In this document: positions 52,076-64,000 of the stretch, piece after piece
Layout: every line of letters begins with the position of its first letter
How positions within the stretch are numbered: position 1 is the first letter of the stretch
NCBI RefSeq assembly: GCF_006345805.1
Contig: NC_043009.1
Coordinates: forward strand, 60,698,001 to 60,762,000
DNA length: 64,000 nucleotides
Direction: 5' to 3'
From: Octopus sinensis
Lineage: Eukaryota
Position numbers and translations under genes: made by a program
The notes under the pieces: model-generated
Database searches by the model: none
What the model was told of the DNA's origin: nothing
What the model saw: the letters and a program-made list of their open reading frames with translations, nothing else

Positions 52076-52142
<67 letters not shown>

Positions 52143-52276
52143 GTCTATCTATCCAGGCTCACACTAGGTAAAAAGTTGGAAATTGTTTTGGTGGCCCATA
52201 ATACTCCATGGATCCTAAGCAAGGCATGTGTAAAATTTGAATGAAATTATTTGGGTAGTTCTCAAGTTTTAGTGAT

Positions 52277-52338
<62 letters not shown>

Positions 52339-53259
52339 AGAATGTGGGTGTGTCTGTCTCTTTATCTATGAGTGAGTGTGTGTGTGTGTGTGTGTCGTGT
52401 GCGTCACTAAAACTCGAGAACTACCCAAACGATTTCATTCAAACTTTACACCTGTTTTACTTAAGGATCCATGGGTACCTATGTTTTCTATGGGGCTTTT
52501 TCATGAGCAGCCCTCAAACATCTCCTCCTTATTGAAGATTAAACAGTGTGATTTCTTTTGGGGTTTTTTTCCCCTCTTTTATAACTTTGTTAGTCTTGTT
52601 TACACACAAAACCCTCACAACAACAACACACTCACATACAAACACACACATTCTTTGCTTTGCCCTGTACTGTCCATAATGTTTTTCTTCATGTGGTTTA
52701 ATAAAGAAATCATTATTATTATTATCATCATCATCATCATCATCATCAATGCCAACATTGATTATAATGATTATTATTACATAAACGTAAAATTTAGCCT
52801 TGTGAAAAATTGATTAATTCACTGACGATAAAATCTCAGTGTTGTTGGCTGGATGGTTTTCCACATTTCCATATAAATATATACATTAGCACACGCATGT
52901 GTATAAATGCATTTAATATGCATGTAATATATACATACATAGATGGCGGACATTAAACGATGACTATGATGACATACATAAGCATGTGTGTGTGTGTGAG
53001 TAGGCTGACTGACAACGATTGATTGAATGTTGTTAATTATTGAAATAGACATGGTAATCAATTGTATTAACTGTGATGCTTGGTGCAGCGGTGGGCGGGG
53101 ACTAAAGTGAAGGACAGTTTGTTTCCATTCTTTATTTCTTTGCTCAGTTGTCTATTTCCTTGTATCACAGCCAAATTACATTCATATAGTGTTGTTTGGT
53201 TATGTTGATGTTTTTTCCCTCCTAGATGAAATGCCTTTCCGTAAATGTGCATGTTTTAC

Positions 53260-54058
53260 TGGGCGAAATGCTGAGCGGTATTTCGTCTGCCGTTACGTTC
53301 TGAGTTCAAATTCCACCAAGGTCGACTTTGCCTTTCGTCTTTTCGGGATCGATAAATTAAGTACTAGTTATGCACTGGGGTCGATGTAATCGACTTAATC
53401 CGTTCGTCTGTCCTTGTTTGTCCTCTCTGTGTTTAGCCCCTTGTGGGTAGTAAACAAATAGGTATTTCGTCTACTGTTACGTTCTGAGTTCAAATTCCAC
53501 CAAGGTCGACTTTGCCTTTCATCCTTTCAGGGTCGATAACTTAAGTACCAGTTACACACTGAAGTCGATGTAATCAACTTAATCCCTTTGTCTTTGTTTG
53601 TCCCCTCTGTGTTTAACCCCTTGTGGGTAATAAAGAAACAGTTACGTTCTGAGTTCAAATTCCGCCGAGGTCAACTTTGCCTTTCATCTTCTCAGGATCG
53701 ATAAATTAAGTACCAGTTATGCACTGGGGTCGATGTAATCGACTTAATCCGTTTGTCTGTCCTTGTTTGTCCCCTCTATGTTTAGCCCCTTGTGGGTAAT
53801 AAAGAAGCAGTTACATTCTGAGTTCAAATTCCACCGAGGTCAACTTTGCCTTTCATCCTTTCAGGATCGATAAATTAAGTACCAGTTATGCACTGGGATC
53901 GATGTAATCGACTTAATCCATTCGTCTGGCCTTGTTTGTCCCCTCTATGTTTAGCCCCTTGTGGGTAATAAAGAAACAGTTACGTTCTGAGTTCAAATTC
54001 CACCGAGGTCGACTTGGCCTTTCATCTTTTCGGAGTCAATAAATTAAGTACCAGTTAT
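53260..54058 (+). repeat. Tandem array of ~5 SINE bodies (~170-185-bp unit)
   Basis: GTTACGTTCTGAGTTCAAATTCC...CCCCTTGTGGGTAATAAAGAAACA is repeated head-to-tail. Confidence 0.9.
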
Positions 54059-54073
54059 GGAAGATATTTAAAT

Positions 54074-54262
54074 CACCTGAAGAATGACTGTAACCCGAAA
54101 TTTTAAGAATTGGACAGCCATGAAACGATCGTAGTGTTATACTAATTATCTTTTTTTAATAATTTTGATATATATTTAAAATAATATAAATTAATTATCT
54201 TATGTATTGGCTTGAGTTTTTCATTGTATGATTTGCCTAATAGTGGTTTTGTCTCTAATTTA
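54074..54262 (+). mobile_element. Family B relative with long-stem-II hammerhead (54074-54136)
   Basis: cac CTGAAGA atgactgt...acagccat GAAA cgatcg TA gtg, with downstream TAGTGGTTTTGTCTC and then (TA)n. Confidence 0.75.
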
Positions 54263-54460
54263 ATATAATATATATATATATATATATACGATGGGCTTCT
54301 TTCAGTTTCCATCTACCAAATCCATCACAAGACTTTGCTCAGCCCAAGGTTATAGTAGAAGACACTTGCCCAATGTGTCACACAGTGGGACTGAACCTGG
54401 AACCATATGGTTGGCAAACAAGCTTCTTACCACACAGCCACGCCTATGCCTGTATACATA

Positions 54461-54514
<54 letters not shown>

Positions 54515-55134
54515 CGTGTGTGTGTGTGTGTGTGTGCTTGTCATCATCCATCCACTTGCTACTTCAACATCTTAGCTATGTTCACAACTTTTCTACCATT
54601 TTCAACTTTTCTAACCTGTACTTAACAAATTGTATTTCATTGACTTGGTTCTGCAATTTTTTTCTTTTTTTTTTTACTTGGTTCTGCATTTTTTTCCTTT
54701 TATTTTCTTTTTATTTATTTATCTATTTATTTATTCATTTTTGCTGTAATTCTTTTAAAGAGTTTTGAGCGACAGGGAAGTAGGCAGGTATGCAAATAGA
54801 TATATAAACAGACACACAGACAGACAGGCAGGCAGAGAATCAAACAGGTAGGTAGGTGGATAGACAGACATAGAGACAGACAGACAGACAGAGACGGAGG
54901 GACGGGCGGACGGATATACGGATAGATTGGTATGTAGGTATGTAGACAGGTAGTTAGGTCAAACATTTTGAGTAATTGTTTTTGCTACATAAACGTATCA
55001 TTTATGAAAATAACATTTAATATTAAAATCATCAGCGTTCGTTCGTTCTTTTGTTTTGATAATGGCATTAGTTGTACAACTTGTTGATCTATCACTGTCC
55101 ATGTATATATATATATATACATACATACATATAT

Positions 55135-55211
<77 letters not shown>

Positions 55212-55461
55212 ATATACACATATATATAATGGCCTACTTCCTTTCTGTCTCTTTGCCTTTCGTTTTTTGTCTCCTGCTATTTTAACTTTGTACTACTTTT
55301 CTTGTTGCTTCTACTTCGAACAAAGCTCCTGTCCCTTTATTCTCCTTTTTTTTTACCTACCCCTTACTCTTGCAGCATTCTTTCATATCCGGTTCCCTTT
55401 TCTTTCCTATTTTCCACTGGCTCTCTTTCCCCTTCCCCATCAATAGATAGATAGATAGATG

Positions 55462-55527
<66 letters not shown>

Positions 55528-55548
55528 GACATAGATAGATAGATAGAC

Positions 55549-55633
<85 letters not shown>

Positions 55634-55770
55634 TACACACAGTTAATGAACCTACTCCTACCCCTGTAATTTTTCTTCCTCTTCTTTCTACTCCTTTACT
55701 CCTTGCTTCTCTTCTTTTCCTTTATCACTTTCACATAGCACAATCACTCCACTACTCCGATCACAATCAC

Positions 55771-55802
<32 letters not shown>

Positions 55803-56075
55803 GTATACTAAAACCCCGACCAGCTTTACTACTTTCAGTATTGTTTGTCCTCAACACGCAGAACATATTACTAATGCTAGACGTTAGTTAACAAGCAGAA
55901 CAAAGAGCAGAATGGTTCATCTGACCGTAACCTGGTCCTCCTACTTTTAACTAACCCAACACCTACCACCCGCTTGACATAAACCCTGCTACCCCAAATG
56001 ACACAACCCATTCTCCCTTCAATAACTGACACGACAAACCTTTCCTTTTCTTTTCTTGTAACTTTCTCAACATAC

Positions 56076-56471
56076 AGGTGTGGCTGTGTGGTAAGTAGCT
56101 TGCTCACAAACCACATGGTTCCGGGTTCAGTCCCACTGCGTGGCATCTTGGGCAAGTGTCTTCTGCTATAGCCTCGGGCCGACCAAAGCCTTGTGAGTGG
56201 ATTTGGTAGACGAAAACTGAAAGAAGCCTGTCGTATATATGTATATATATATATAAGTGTGTGTATATGTTTGTGTGTCTGTGTTTGTCCCCCTAGCATT
56301 GCTTGACAACCGATGCTGGTGTGTTTACGTCCCCGCCACTTAGCGGTTCGGTAAAAGAGACCGATAGAATAAGTACTGGGCTTACAAAGAATAAGTCCCG
56401 GGGTCGGTTTGCTCGACTAAAGGCGGTGCTCCAGCATGGCAGCAGTCAAATGACTGAAACAAGTAAAAGAA
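56076..56471 (+). mobile_element. SINE flanked by ~145-bp direct duplication
   Basis: 55928-56075 is approximately equal to 56472-56614. Confidence 0.85.
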
Positions 56472-59400
56472 TAACCTGGTCCTCCTACTTTTAACTAACT
56501 CAACACCTACCACCCACTTGACATAAACCCTGCTACCCCAAATGACACAACCCATTTTCCCTTCAATAACTGACACGACAAACCTTTCCTTTTCTTTTCT
56601 TGTCCCAACATACATTCACGTTCACGCTGTCTACACTAAATACTAGGTTCAATACAAACAGCTCTCGCTATTAATACGTACCATGCCTCTTGCTAGAACC
56701 TAACTGACAGTTGCATTGAACATTTCGTTGTGCAGTGATGCACAATCTAAGAGAATACGTTTTGAATGTTATATTCTCTCACCACCACCGTCCTGGTTAC
56801 ATTGTAGGTTTGTAGTTTCCAGTGATGACCGACAAAGAAGGTGGAGACAGAATGCATTCTGTCAGCTGGGCTGGAGTGAACGTGTGGGTGGATGAGGGCA
56901 ACGAGTTAGTCTTTCAGCTAATATTGAGGCTAAGGCAAAATATTGGGGATCTTTTCAGTTTGAGGGCCAGATTTTCCTAGTTAACTAAACAATTTGAAAC
57001 TTCGTATGCTGGTAGAATGTGTCAAAAGAAAACATAATTGTAAACCAAAATGAAAACGGAATTGTAATTTCTAAGTTTAACGAAAAGATCCAATATTGGC
57101 CAAGGTAATGCACTGAAAAAACTATTTCTTTACTACCCACAAGGGGTTAAACACAGAGAGGACAAACAAGGACAAACAAACGGATTAAGTAGATTATATC
57201 GACCCTAGTGCGTAACTGGTACTCAATTTATCGACCCCGAAAGGATGAAAGACAAAGTCGACCTCGGCAGAATTTGAACTCAGAACGTAACGGCAGACGA
57301 AATACGGCTACGCATTTCACCCGGCGTGCTAACGATTCTGCCAGTTCGCCGCCTAAAGCCGAAGTAAAGTTAAGAACAGAAATAATGATATTGGGGGAGA
57401 GTAGAATAATGTATTCACTACAGTAAGGGTATGGTAGACTAAGGTAAGGAAGGTCAGGTTAAGATCCATGGAAGCCCTCAGCACTTAAAAATATTTTGAT
57501 GCCCCCATTGTCGTCGTCATCATCATCATCATCATCATTTAATATCTGTTCTCTATGCTAGCATGGATCGGACGGTTTGAAGAGCATAATTTATATTCAG
57601 TGTGAAAGTAGTTACAGAGTCGGGCTTATAATCATGAGGTAGTTGCACGTCGGACTCACACTCCACTCGTGAGTTCAGTTCCCAGACAGGGCGGTGTGTT
57701 GTGTTCTTGAGCAAAACACTTTACTTCATATTGCTCCAGTTCACTCAGCTGTAGAAAATGACTTGCAACATCACTGATGCCAAGCTACATCGTCCTTTCC
57801 CTTGGATAACATCGGTGGCGTAGAAAGAGGGGAGCTGGTATGCATGGGCGATTGCTGGTCTTCTATAAACAACACTGCCTGGACTTATGCTTCGGAAAGT
57901 ATCATACTAGCTTTAGGCAGCGAGCTGGCAGAAACGTTAGCGCGCCAGGCGAAATGCGTAGCCGTATTTCGCCCGCCGTTACGTTCTGAGTTCAAATTCC
58001 GCCAAGGTCGACTTTGCCTTTCATCCTCTCGGGGTCGATAAATTAAGTACCAGTTACGCACTGGGGTCGATGTAATCGACTTAATCTCTTTGTCTGTCCT
58101 TGTTTGTATCCTCTGTGTTTAGCCCCTTGTGGGTAGTAAAGAAATAATTATTCTAGCTGCAATCCCATGGCCATTCATGACCAAAGGGGGTCTTTACCCT
58201 TTTATTTATGTTCAAAAAGTTTCCTCCTACGTTTTTTTAATTGCAAGGTCTTTGATCAGATCCTCAAAATTAATCTTGCATAACACATTTGATAAGTATA
58301 TTTTTGATCATATAAACCACTTTGAATATTATTTTAGCAAGTTTAAAGAGATTTCTTTCATGCTATAAACCATTTCTCATTTCTGTGGCGCTTCTCCTTC
58401 CCTAGATGCCCAAAGTGCATGCTTATTTTACTTAATGATTAATCTAGCTCTGGAAGTAATGTGTAGGGGGAAAGTAAAGTATAGAAAAACATACAAATAT
58501 AGGCGCAGGAGTGGCTGTGTGGTAAGTAGCTTGCTTACCAACCACATGGTTCTGGGTTCAGTCCCACTGCATGGCACCTTGGGCAAGTGTCTTTTACTGT
58601 AGCGTGGAGCCAACCAAAGCCTTATGAATGGATTTGGTAGGCAGAAATTGAAAGAAGCCTGTCACGTGTTTACGCGCGCGCGCGCGTGTGTGTGTGTGTG
58701 TGTGTCCACTTGGCAACCAGTGCTGGTATGTTTATGTCCCTATAACTTAGAGGTTCGGCAAAAGAGACCAATAGAATATGTACCAGGCTTAAGCAAAAAA
58801 TAAGTACTTTTGACTAAAATTTCTTCAAGGGGGTGCCCCAGCATGGCCACGATCCAATGACTGAAATACGTAAGAGATAAAAGGTATAAGCACGAAAGTG
58901 TGCAAACATCCTTTGTAAGGATAATTCCTGTCATATCAACAACTGATGGAAATCTTCATATTTCAAATGAAAACTTTCAACAACCAACATCATCATCATC
59001 ATCATCATTGATTAACGTCTGTTTTCCATGCTGGCATGGGTTGGACGGTTTGACGGGGGACTGACAAGCCAGTAGGCTGCACCAGGCTCCAATCTGGTCT
59101 GGCAGACTTTCTGCAGCTGGATGCCCATCCTAACGCCAACCAGTCTGAGAGCGTAGTGGGTGTTTTTTATGTGCCACCGGTACAGGATCCATGAAGGTGG
59201 CTCTGGCAACGATCACATGCGGATGGCGTTTTTTACGTGCCACCAGCACAAGATCCAGTAGGCCGGGCCTGGCAACGACCACGTGCGGATGGTGTCTTTT
59301 TACGTGCCACCAGCACAGGAACCAGTAAGGGGATACTGGCGTCGGTCACAATCGTTTGGTGCTTTGATATAAATTGTTGCATTAGTCGTGGGACAAATGG

Positions 59401-61936
59401 AGCAAATAATTTTAGTGGGTTACATAACACAGTGTTGATGAGATTCAGAAACATAAACCCAAAAATTGCATTTGTCAAAAGAACATGCCTCAATTTGGTA
59501 TTATGCTGCCAAAAGGCATTGGCATGTTCGCCTTCTAAATTAACTTTCCTGATACCAGAAATTGCTAATTGTTTTAGCAGTAGCACCCTTCGTTGGGGGG
59601 ATTACAAGAAAAGTTATTTAGTAATGAATGGTGGAAATATATGCTGGTACAAGTTTGTCAGCCCTGTCGTGATTGGTCTGTCAGAGGGAAAATGTACAAG
59701 GATAATCTTACAGCAATGGGAGGTTCTCAAAATGTATAAATGTCAATTATTGAAAAGGAAAAGAATTTTATGGTGTGTACTTTAAATTATATGCTCTGAG
59801 ACAAACCTAGTAAACTACTTTCTGTTTGTTTGCTTAATATCTAAAATCACAAGTTTATACATGCAACTTTTTTGTACCCTTTCGATACCAACTGGCTCTG
59901 GCTCTGAAGTACAAATGTCACGTTTTCATAAGTTTTGAATCAAAATCTTCCAGCAAACCTTAGCAAACCGCGATATGGAGAGGGATTACTGTATTTAGAT
60001 AATCCACAACCATCCATCATGTTTAAATGTGCTTTTTCTCTGTTGCATTTAAAGTGGCCGTATCCAGCCTAAATATGTGATGTCGCTTTGCATTTATACT
60101 AAAATAAATACAACTTAAGACGAAAATTTATCATTAAGCTAAATTTTGACTAAGGTTTGCTGGAAGATTTTAATTCAAAACTAAATATTCACACCTAACC
60201 TATAATGTCATCATCATCATCATCATCGTTTAACGTCCGCTTTCCATGCTAGCATGGGTTGGACGATTTTGACTGAGGACTGGCGAACCAGATGGCTGCA
60301 CCAGGCTCCAATCTTGATCTGGCAGAGTTTCTACAGCTGGATGCCCTTCCTAAAGCCAACCACTCTGAGAGTGTAGTGGGTGCTTTTTACCTGCCACTGG
60401 CACAGGGGTCAGTCAGGCGGTACTGGCAACGACCTCGCTCGAATCTTTTTACACATGTCACTGGCACAGGTGCCAGTAAGGCGACGCTGGTAACGATCAC
60501 GCTTGAATGGTGCCTTTTACGTGTCACCGACACGGAAGCCAGTTAGCCGCTCTGGCAACGATCACGCTTGGATGGTGCTCTTGGCACCCTACTAGCACGG
60601 GCACAAGTGCCAGTAAGGCGATGCTGGTAACGATCACCGCTGATTCTAAATATAGCCAATCACATCATCAGAATCACAAAGCTACAAAATAATTCGAAGC
60701 AATGTGAGCAAATAATCATTACGTTACATGTGACAAAGGAAACTGGATACTAAAGGGTTAAGATATATGTGAATGTGTGTCTGCCTAAATGTTTGCTCGT
60801 GAAATCGAAATCAAACTCGGTGACTGGCATCCGTTGCTAGGGGAGCACTGAGTGTACCATACGAGTGAGATCGTTGCCAGAGCAACAAGCTGGCCTCCGT
60901 GCCGATGGGCACGTAAAAAGCACCATTCGAGCGTGATCGTTACCTGCGTCACCTTACTGGCACTTGTGCTGGTGGCACATGAAAAATAAAAAACATTCGA
61001 GTGAGGTCGTCGCCAGTGCCGCTGGATTGGATCCTGTGCAGGTGGCACACAAAAAGCACCATTTGAGCGTGGCCGTTGCCAGTACCACCAAACTGGCCCT
61101 CGTGCCGGTGGCACGTAAAAGTACCCACTACATTCTCGGAGTGGTTGGCATTAGTAAAGGCATCCAGCTGTAGAAACTCTGCCAGATCAGATTGGAGTCT
61201 GGTGCAGCCATCTGGTTCGCGTCCAACCCATGCTAGCATGGAAAGCGGACGTTAAATGATGATGATGATGATGATGTCTTTTTGTGTTTATCTCTCACAG
61301 CCTGACAACTAGTGTCACTTTGTTTTCATCCTTCTCACTTGGTGATTTGGAAAAATAAATAAAAGAAATCAGGTAGAATAGATTTAGACTTAAAAATATA
61401 CATAAGTGGCACAGCCTACTGGCTTGCCAGTCCCCCAGTCAAACCGTCCAACCCATGCCAGCATGGAAAACAGACATTAAACAATGATTGGAAGCACTCC
61501 GTCGGTTACGGCGATGAGGGTTCCGGTTGATCCGAATCAACGGAACAGCCTGCTCGTGAAATTAACGTGTAAGTGGCTGAGCACTCCACAGACACGTGTA
61601 CCCTTAATGTAGTTCTCTGGGATATTCAGCGTGACACAGAGAGTGACAAGGCCGGCCCTTTGAAATACAAGGTACAACAGAAACAGGAAGAAAGAGTGAG
61701 AGAAAGTTGTGGTGAAAGAGTACAGCAGGGATCACCACCATCCCCTGCCGGAGCCTCGTGGAGCTTTAGGTGTTTTCGCTCAATAAACACTCACAATGCC
61801 CGGTCTGGGAATCGAAAACACGATCCTATGACCGTGAGTCCGCTGCCCTAACCACTGCCACTATACGACCACAGTCTAATATCTGATGCACGCAAAAGAA
61901 TAAATGAATATATATTGGTGTGTGTGTGTGTGTGTG

Positions 61937-62016
<80 letters not shown>

Positions 62017-63031
62017 ATCATCATCATCATTTAACGTCCGCACTCTATGCCAGCATGGGTTAGGTGGTTTGACTGGAACTGGTAAGCCGAAATTTGGGGG
62101 AGGGGTATAGTCGATTAAATCAACCCCAGTACGCAACTGGTACTTAATTTATCGACCCCGAAAGGATGAACGGCATAGTCGACCTCAGCGGAATTTCAAC
62201 TCAGAACGTAACAGCAGAGGAAATACTTATTTCTTTACTACCCACAAGGGGCTAAACACAGAGGAGACAAACAAAGACAAACATAGGTATTAAGTCGATT
62301 AGATCGACCCCAGTGCGCAACTGGTACTTAATTTATCGACCCCGAAAGGATGAAAGGCAAAGTCGACCTCGGCGGAATTTGAACTCACAACGTAACGCAG
62401 ACGAAATACGGCGACGCATTTCGCCCGGCGTGCAGAGGAAATACTGCTAAGCATTTCACCTGACATGCGAATGTTCCTGTCAGCTCGCCACCTTGAGAAT
62501 CAAAATAGATATTGCAAGAACATCCTGTCTAATGGTCTACATTTCTTTCTTTAGCAATTACATCTATATATATAAAATTCCTTGTCTGTCTGTTCTCAAT
62601 ACATTTTCAAAGAGCTCAACCAAATCAAATCAAATTTTACATAGTAATAGTATCAGACTCCATGAGTGCCAACATGCAATTTTTTTTCATTTGGATTAAA
62701 ACAATATAACGTTGGCACTGGTTCCGTATTACATGTCAAAAGTGAAAAAATAACATCTATATTGTAATGTGATATAATAATGTTTCACTTTTATTCTTTC
62801 ACTTTTAATTCTATTGTGAACAACATTACACATTGGCAACTTTCCATCTTTATGGCCATGAGAGCGAAATGGTGTGTCAGTGTATGTGTGTTGACTGACA
62901 TAATGAACAGCTGGAGGAGAAACTCTTGACAAAAAACAATGAGGTAGCAGGTTCGAGGTATATAAAAATACACATTTACCGTTCAATTACCAGTTAATAA
63001 TTACCACAACAGTTGCAAATTTACCATTAAA

Positions 63032-63423
63032 CTAGCAGTATCGCCCGGCGTTGCTCGGGTTTGTTTCGACCCTTTAGAATTGGAATTTTTGATAAGTAAA
63101 AATTTTGTATTATGTAGCTTGTTATTCTCTATTAGTGAACATTTTTCTGGTTGAAATACACCAAAAAATGGCGACACAGCAGTCAAAAGATCGTAAAAAA
63201 TAGGGATTTTCATAGAAAAAAAGCACCTTTTTGATGTAAATAATTTTTGGTGTTAACTTGGTCCGATTTGAACTTTTTCTTCTACGGAAGGAAGAGCAAG
63301 CCTTCTTCTATCATACTCTCAATTTTGGTCAACTTGCGCCGTAGGGTCTCGGAGGAGATAGTGTTAGTTGAAGGCTACCAAACCTGCCATACACAGACAA
63401 CTTCAGCTTTATATAGAGAGAGA
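63032..63423 (-). mobile_element. Non-autonomous Helitron
   Basis: Minus strand begins TCTCTCTCTATATAAAGCTGAAGTTGTC and ends CCCGAGCAACGCCGGGCGATACTGCTAG. 5' fragments also occur at ~20576 and ~21657. Confidence 0.75.
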
Positions 63424-63783
63424 TATTGCGTTGGATTAACCATTGAGCAAATTAGGTCAATATACAGTCTGAGACCTTTCTTTTATTCTGTTATTCTTTT
63501 ACTTGTTTCAGTCATTTGACTGCGGCCATGCTGGAGCACCACCTTTAGTCGAGCAAATCGACCCCAGGACATATTCTTTGTAAGCCTAGTACTTATTCTA
63601 TTGGTCTATCTTGCTGAACCGCTAAGTGACGGGGAGGCAAACACACCAGTATCGGTTGTCAAGCGATGTGGGGGGGGGACAAACACACACACACACACAT
63701 ATATAACAAAGCAAAGTTGTAAGGTACCGCATGAGTGGAATTATATATGAAAGAAGGTTTGAAAATGCAATTTTAAAAGGTGT

Positions 63784-64000
63784 TTATTCACTTGACCGGT
63801 TTCACTTTTTGAGAAAAAGATTGTCAAAAGTAACATGTAAAAGCTTTGTCGTATTAGGTACTGGTTGTCACAAAATATTACAATACATATATACATTCTT
63901 TGATAATAATAAGAACATGTTCTTATTATAACACAACAAAGCTTTTACATGTTACTTTTGACAATCTTTTTCTAAAAAGGTGAAACCGCTCAAGTGAATA
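63784..64000. repeat. Fold-back running off window end with hammerhead 3' half
   Basis: TATTCACTTGACCGGTTTCAC...AAAAGCTTTGT pairs with ACAAAGCTTTT...GTGAAACCGCTCAAGTGAATA. The outward strand reads GAAA ccgg TC. Confidence 0.7.

Noticed and set aside
59237-59785. 182-aa ORF
   Set aside because: It starts within SINE repeats and has no recognisable domain or splice support.

Overview
AT-rich, repeat-saturated animal DNA. The SINE and microsatellite landscape looks like a coleoid cephalopod such as Octopus (inference). There is one convincing protein-coding gene: a single-coding-exon GT31 beta-1,3-galactosyltransferase-like Golgi enzyme (44189-45397, +). It has a splice acceptor at 44080 and a candidate first exon ending at 4570, so most of the window may be one ~39.5-kb 5'UTR intron. 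The rest is decayed RTE, CR1/L2-type and R4/Dong retrotransposons, Tc1/mariner, MITE and Helitron remnants, several tRNA-derived SINE families and microsatellites. Most listed ORFs are microsatellite or repeat artefacts. The most striking signal is a set of roughly eight short element families, mostly embedded in (TA)n, that carry minimal type-I hammerhead ribozyme motifs with palindromic stem III. Some show the compensatory U3-A8 core variant. Many are head-to-head fold-backs whose copy-specific mutations are mirrored on both arms. Penelope GIY-YIG remnants lie nearby, and one hammerhead sits behind a tRNA-like SINE head. Unusually long direct duplications (40, ~145 and ~790 bp) flank several insertions. 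All coordinates were read by eye, and family names come from motif recognition rather than database searches.
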